From Marsupella aquatica (Eukaryota > Plantae > Marchantiophyta), in contig OZ316895.1 in the NCBI GenBank assembly GCA_973895155.1, forward strand, positions 3,645,659-3,709,658: 64,000 nt of DNA, given 5' to 3'. Each line of letters opens with the position of its first letter. Position 1 is the stretch's first letter. The notes beneath the pieces were generated by a model that worked only from the letters and a program-made list of their open reading frames with translations, had not been told where the DNA came from and did not search any database. Shown here piece after piece: positions 59,061 through 64,000 of the stretch. Both the position numbers and the translations under genes were made by a program.

Positions 59061-60512
59061 ATAAAACTCAAAACTCAACACCGCCGCGTAGCCCACGAAG
59101 CTAGGAGTCCAATACTGAAAGCCGAAATCAAAATCAAAATTCGACGGAAAAGTTATCCAAATTTGGTCAGGGTGGGTAAAACCTTGGGAAACTCCCCCGT
59201 TTTGACCACCTCAGAGAATAACCGAAATACCCAGTACAACCCGTCGTCGGAATCGCGATGTGATTGGTGCGCCGCGTTGCTAACTCCAGGGGCAACGTCC
59301 TCACCGAAAAAGAACTAAAAAAGTTACCGTTCGGCGGACAAAATCTTTGTCGGACGGCCAAAAAACAGCTCTTTGTTTTTCAAGAATATTCCCGCACAGT
59401 CCGACAGGTCTCACAGGGGACCGTTCCCCCTGTCGGAGTGGTTAAAATGGAGGGCGGCAGGTCCCAGCACAAGAGGAAACACCAAAAAGAGGAAAAAACA
59501 AGGAAAAGGGGGCTAAAGGGGGTCCTTAAGCCCCTCAATTCACAATAATACCCCGTATGGGGCAGTCGGTATGCGTGCAGGGGCGAACGAGGGTGACGGA
59601 CGCGTATAAGGCAGCCGGATACAGGGAGGAGGGCTTAACGACGCCGTGCGCCGGGGAGGGGCACCGGCTCGCCCAAGTGTCGCGAAGGGGGACGGGAAAA
59701 AATCAGCCGTGTACTATGCGAGGCAGGCGCAGGGTCGAGCGGCTGTTTCCGTGTGTATACACACAGAAAAAAATCACACTAAAGTAACCAAAAAAATTTC
59801 CACTAAAAGTGAGAAAAATCCCGGGTTACACACCTTAAACGCCGTAGTTTTAAACAAGGAAAAAGATCGCCGCCGACGAGAAATGTTTCCAAATTTCACT
59901 GGCACAGTCTGCAACTCCAGTAGAGTAACAACTGCCGCCGCGACGCCTTCACTCCATGTCAAGTGCCAATCTCGGGCTCAAAACGACCGCCTCGCCGCGA
60001 TCAAACCGTTGAGCCGTGGCACTCTGCGTTTCTTCCACCAAGTCGAACATCACGAAGAGAAACCCGGTTCAGATGTGAACAAGCTCTATAGCTTGTGAAA
60101 AAACCTAAACGCCTCCTTCACTCGTCACGTCGCACTCGGTAACAACTCGATAGCAATCCTGCTACCGAAACGACCAGCTCGCATCAACCTTCAACTTAAG
60201 CTATAAAGTGCAATCCCTCCCGCACCGCACAGCTCGCACCGTTGAAAAATGCAAACTCTGGTCTCTCCCCGAAAATACCGTCGAACACGAATAAAACCTG
60301 AACGATGCAAACTTCAATTCCTCCGCACCACGGATACCAATCAGCGAGTTCTAACCACCGTTAGAAAACCCTCTCACTAACCTATCCTCACAGCCACACA
60401 CATTCGAGTTTCATGCGATGAAACTCCGAATGTACCATCGACTATGAACGCTGGAAAAAAAAACCTGTCACGAAAAAACCTCGTCACCTCCCAGGCATGC
60501 TCTGATACCACT

Positions 60513-60856
60513 TGTTGAGCATAGACGACATTCGTAACGGCAAGCCCATGAACCATCCAACGCACAATAGTCGACTCAAAGAGATACGTGGTTCACCTCC
60601 ACATGAGGCTACGTCCACGGGAACACACAAGAGTTTTACTGCACTCTAGGCCGACCGGTCATACCAAGCATCCACAGCACAAGCTCTCCCTATCTCTCAA
60701 CTAGCTCTGTAACAATGAGTCTAAGTTCCTTCAGGGTCTGGCATCAGCCCTGGCTATATATACAACAGCACTACCGCTAACATTAGCTAAGTCCTAACCC
60801 GAGTTAGCCTAATTGTAGTTAGCTCATGAGTCACAAGACTAGAGCAATATCTAACA
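60513..60856 (-). repeat. 5' LTR of the copia element
   Basis: Followed on the minus strand by a 2-nt spacer and the PBS. Confidence 0.93.
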
Positions 60857-61576
60857 TCTCTTTGTGTTGATTACTGGTACGTTGGACTACCATGGACTTG
60901 CCATTATTGCTCAACACAATTGAAGATCCTTTGATTAATTTACAGACTACTTTTGTCACCAACCTGTTTGTAGGCTTCTTGTCCATGTCATCTTACTAAT
61001 AAATCGCGGACATAAGCTACAGACTCGCAAGGGCTAGGGTCTACAGGGAAACCTCTAGACAATAAGGACAAAACTTGACCCAAATAAGAATTCTAAATAA
61101 GAACACCTCAATTCCAAATGAGGACAAAACTAGACTAAAATAAAGACAAAGCGAGGGTGAACAAAAAACAGAGATGGAGCCAATATAAACAGGGAGATAG
61201 CACAGAATTCTTGTTTTTCCAAGATGTTCTTTGGTCTTCATCTCTATTTAGGTTCAAGGAACTAGTAGTCATGCTAGTCTCTTTGAAAGTAGTTTGCGTT
61301 GAGATGCCAAAAACAGGAGTCTATTTTGAGATGCTTGTCAACACATAGATGATTGGAGATTTTTTATTTCATTCCATTCCATTCTTTTTGAACATAGTAA
61401 GAGTGCCAATTCAGGCTGAAAGGGACTGGGGACCCAAGGAAAGATGGATCTCTAACTCATAAGCTGGTATGTTACATCATTGACTAGAGGATTTGATCCT
61501 TTGCAAATCAGCTTAAACCACACCTGCCACTATATAAGCCCCATTCTCTCCCTCACTACTCAGCATTCCTTTTCAT

Positions 61577-61900
61577 TGGTGAACAGTGTCTCACCATAAG
61601 GTGGAGCACTTGCTAATAAAAGGTGTGGCACTCACCACCTTTTGTGGAATTCAAAGCCCATTCCTGAACCTGTGCCCTTTATAATGAAAGCTAGCCCTTT
61701 ATAATGAAATCTAGCTACTGGCATTGGTGAACATTGTCTCACCATAAAAGGTGAAGCACTTGCTAATCAAAGGTGTGGCACTCATCACCTTTTGTGGAGT
61801 TCAAAGTCCATTCTTGAACCTGTGCCCTTTTATAATTATAATGAGAGTGAGGTGTGGCACTCCCCACCTTTTGTGGAGCTGAAAGTGCCCTGTATAATGA
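61577..61900. repeat. Two ~110-bp direct repeats plus a partial third, each with an internal palindrome, just downstream of the chitinase
   Basis: TGGTGAACA.TGTCTCACCATAA...AAAGGTGTGGCACTCA.CACCTTTTGTGGA...GAACCTGTGCCCTTT at ~61577 and ~61725; AGGTGTGGCACTCCCCACCTTTTGTGGA at ~61850. Confidence 0.75.
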
Positions 61901-61973
61901 GAGCGAGCTACGGGTAACCCATAGTCCTTTATAGGGGCAGTTGTGGTTAAATAGAAACAGATCTGAAAGCCTC

Positions 61974-63402
61974 CTAAAAGGGCTGCATATTGGAGCAGTC
62001 CAAGTTGCCTCCTGGGACAACACCAAGAATGCCACAAATGTTTTGGTATTGCGTCACCCGATCTGCGGCTTCATTTGCATTTGGGGAACTTGGGCCGCAC
62101 TCAACTGCACCGTTGATGACGTCTATTGTCACCCCGAATCCTGGAGGGCTTCTGCCAGCTGAAATGTCTGCCGATGAAGGGCTCCAACTTCCGTCCATCA
62201 CTTCCTCACAAGATGGTTTCGGTGCTTGTACTGTGGTCCAAAACCATAGTGCTGACTTCCACGAAATCACAGGATCTGAGGCCACCAGACCTGGATTGCT
62301 CAGAAGGTCCTGTCCTATTGAAGCCCCAAACGGTCCATAGTTGTAGTTCCTGCAATTCATATCCAATTCTCTGTTCAGCCTCAAAACATAGACACAATCA
62401 TAGCTCGAGTTGCTCGAGTGACTCACTAACTACTCACAATGGCAGCAGCAAAACATAGACACAATCATAGCTCGATTTGCTCGAGTGACTTACTAACTAC
62501 TCACAATGGCAGCATCAAAACATAGACACAATCGTAGCTCGAGTTGCTCGAGTGACTTACTAACTACTCACAATGGCACGCAAACGGGCAGTGAGCGATT
62601 GAGGCTTAGAGCGAAATCTGTACCAGCTGATTTGCAATGGTCCGCGACCGTAATAGTCCTGGCCGGAAACGCAGGGATACTGCACGTTCATTGAGTCGCA
62701 GTATGGGGCTTGTTGGACTTCCTCAATGTAGACCAATCCTGCAATGTCATTCAATTCAGGGAACGTCCGGTGCGGGTCATGTCAAAGATTTATTATGGCA
62801 TCTGTACATTGTATTGGAGGTCAATCTGCTCCTGTCTAATCTCCTCGTCCACCACTGGCATTCCTAGGTAAGGATGTCGCTGTTCACTTCGACGAAGGTG
62901 CATGATCTAGATTACACATGTGAAGCGGCAAGGCACAACAAGTTATGAAATACATTGAGGATTGAGTTTGGGATTTACCACTTGTCTCGTGGGTGACATG
63001 AGCAAAGAAGGCTGCGATGTCTTGTAGCTGTTGCGTGGAGCTGCCGGTGGTTCCAAAGGAACTATAACTGCCTACTGCTGAGATGAAGGAGTCGTACGTA
63101 TAAAAAGAGTTGCGGTTCGGAAAGATGGAATCGTAAACACTGGATGTAACGATGCTGCCCACGCCAGCAGAGGTTGGAGAGGACGGACACTGGGACACAC
63201 AATTTCCTCCACAGTAATCACTTGTGGTTCCACAGTACCCATATTTGCTGCAGCAGGACCCACTCAAGCACGGACCGCTTGTCCCGCAGTTGGGCTGCGC
63301 AAAAGTCAGGTCGACCAGGAGGGGCGACATTGTTAGGAGCAGACTAGTCAGCTGAAGCCATGTTCGGCGACCTTGAAAGGTGGCAGCCATTCTAAACCCC
63401 AT
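61974..63402 (-). CDS. GH19 chitinase with signal peptide and hevein (CBM18) domain, ~304 aa; exons 62979-63402, 62624-62738, 61974-62349
   Basis: CCSKYGYCGTTSDYCG hevein motif; IAAFFAHVTHETSGLVYIEE (catalytic Glu pair), YYGRGPLQISWNYNYG, SALWFW, GFGVTIDVINGAVEC, PGGNLDC. The start could be a downstream ATG (63390). Confidence 0.93.
62382..62578. repeat. 67-bp minisatellite x3 filling most of chitinase intron 2
   Basis: CAAAACATAGACACAATC.TAGCTCGA.TTGCTCGAGTGACT.ACTAACTACTCACAATGGCA at 62382, 62449 and 62516. Confidence 0.9.
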
Positions 63403-64000
63403 CTCGATCAAAATGGTTGCGTCAATTCTGCCAGACCAAGTTGAAGAGCATTTGCAACTCTAGCCCTCGTTTGCCAACTAACTGAGTGAGTCTGGAGACA
63501 ACAAACATTCAGCGCAAAACAAAATTAACTGCCTCACAATTTGAGTCGCAAGCTCTAGAAATTCCTGCGAATTTCAGAACGTTCGATAAGAACATATCCA
63601 AGGAGGGTATTAATTACTGAGTATCGAAAGGTGACATCCCTGCCACTCTGCTCGCGAGAGGCGAGCCTATCGAAAGGTGAGATCCTACTATTCTCGCAAG
63701 GGACGAGCCTAACGACTGAACCTGAGCGTCCAGTTCAGCTTCGATATAGAAAAAGACGTGAGCCCTGTGAGATGAGACTATGCTCGCCTAACCACTGGAC
63801 CTAGTGACCAGTTCCATTTCTAGAACACCACGAGAGCCCACCAGCAGCACACTTCGTAGGTATTAGAAGGAAGCTAAAGACGAGCCTTCTAAATTCTGTG
63901 GCCTCATGCAAGAGCGTAATTGTCTCTCTGCCCAGTGGCCAACTTGGATTTGTAGTACCCTGTCCCCTCACTTTCTAAATTTTCGGAGGCTGTGCTGAAC

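Larger units (their letters stand above)
53813..60856 (-). mobile_element. Ty1/copia LTR retrotransposon (Tnt1/Tork-like pol), 7044 bp, non-functional
   Basis: 344-bp LTRs at 53813-54156 and 60513-60856 (TG...CA, 7 mismatches). TCTCT TSD at 53808-53812 and 60857-60861. tRNA-iMet PBS TGGTATCAGAGC (60499-60510, minus strand); PPT AAGGGGGAG (~54159-54167). Confidence 0.95.
53538..60916 (+). mobile_element. Older solo LTR (53538-53812 plus 60862-60916) of a related copia family, split by the younger element
   Basis: TGTTAG start and TCAACA end with CAATT target-site duplication at 53533-53537 and 60917-60921. The sequence is similar to the reverse complement of the nested element's LTR. Confidence 0.8.

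Noticed and set aside
59264-60098. Plus-strand ORFs in the copia leader as an antisense accessory gene
   Set aside because: Short, overlapping, mostly non-ATG ORFs in GC-rich sequence with no recognisable domain.

Overview
Eukaryotic nuclear DNA from a land plant. GT-AG introns, plastid-targeted nuclear genes, a copia LTR element and bryophyte-like proteins suggest a liverwort or other non-seed plant (inference). Housekeeping genes reconstructed exon by exon: a BT1-like mitochondrial-carrier gene (6 exons), intronless chloroplast ATP synthase gamma subunit (atpC), HLB1 (14 exons), a Mini-RNase III (6 exons) and a hevein-domain GH19 chitinase (3 exons). Between them lies a fast-evolving accessory set: two intronless F-box/kelch genes alternating with an intronless ~750-aa 2OG-Fe(II)-oxygenase-like gene family (one full copy, one 3' relic, and a third full copy inside a ~5-kb inverted duplication 25 kb away). 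A 7.0-kb decayed Ty1/copia element sits inside an older, related solo LTR in opposite orientation and carries an array of five palindromic repeats in its 3' region. There are also nested foldback (long-TIR) elements, perfect hairpins and several tandem repeats. The best candidate for an undescribed system is the repeated F-box/kelch + 2OG-oxygenase-like pairing, with E2F-type motifs upstream; a functional link is hypothesis only. All alignments were done by eye and no database searches were run.
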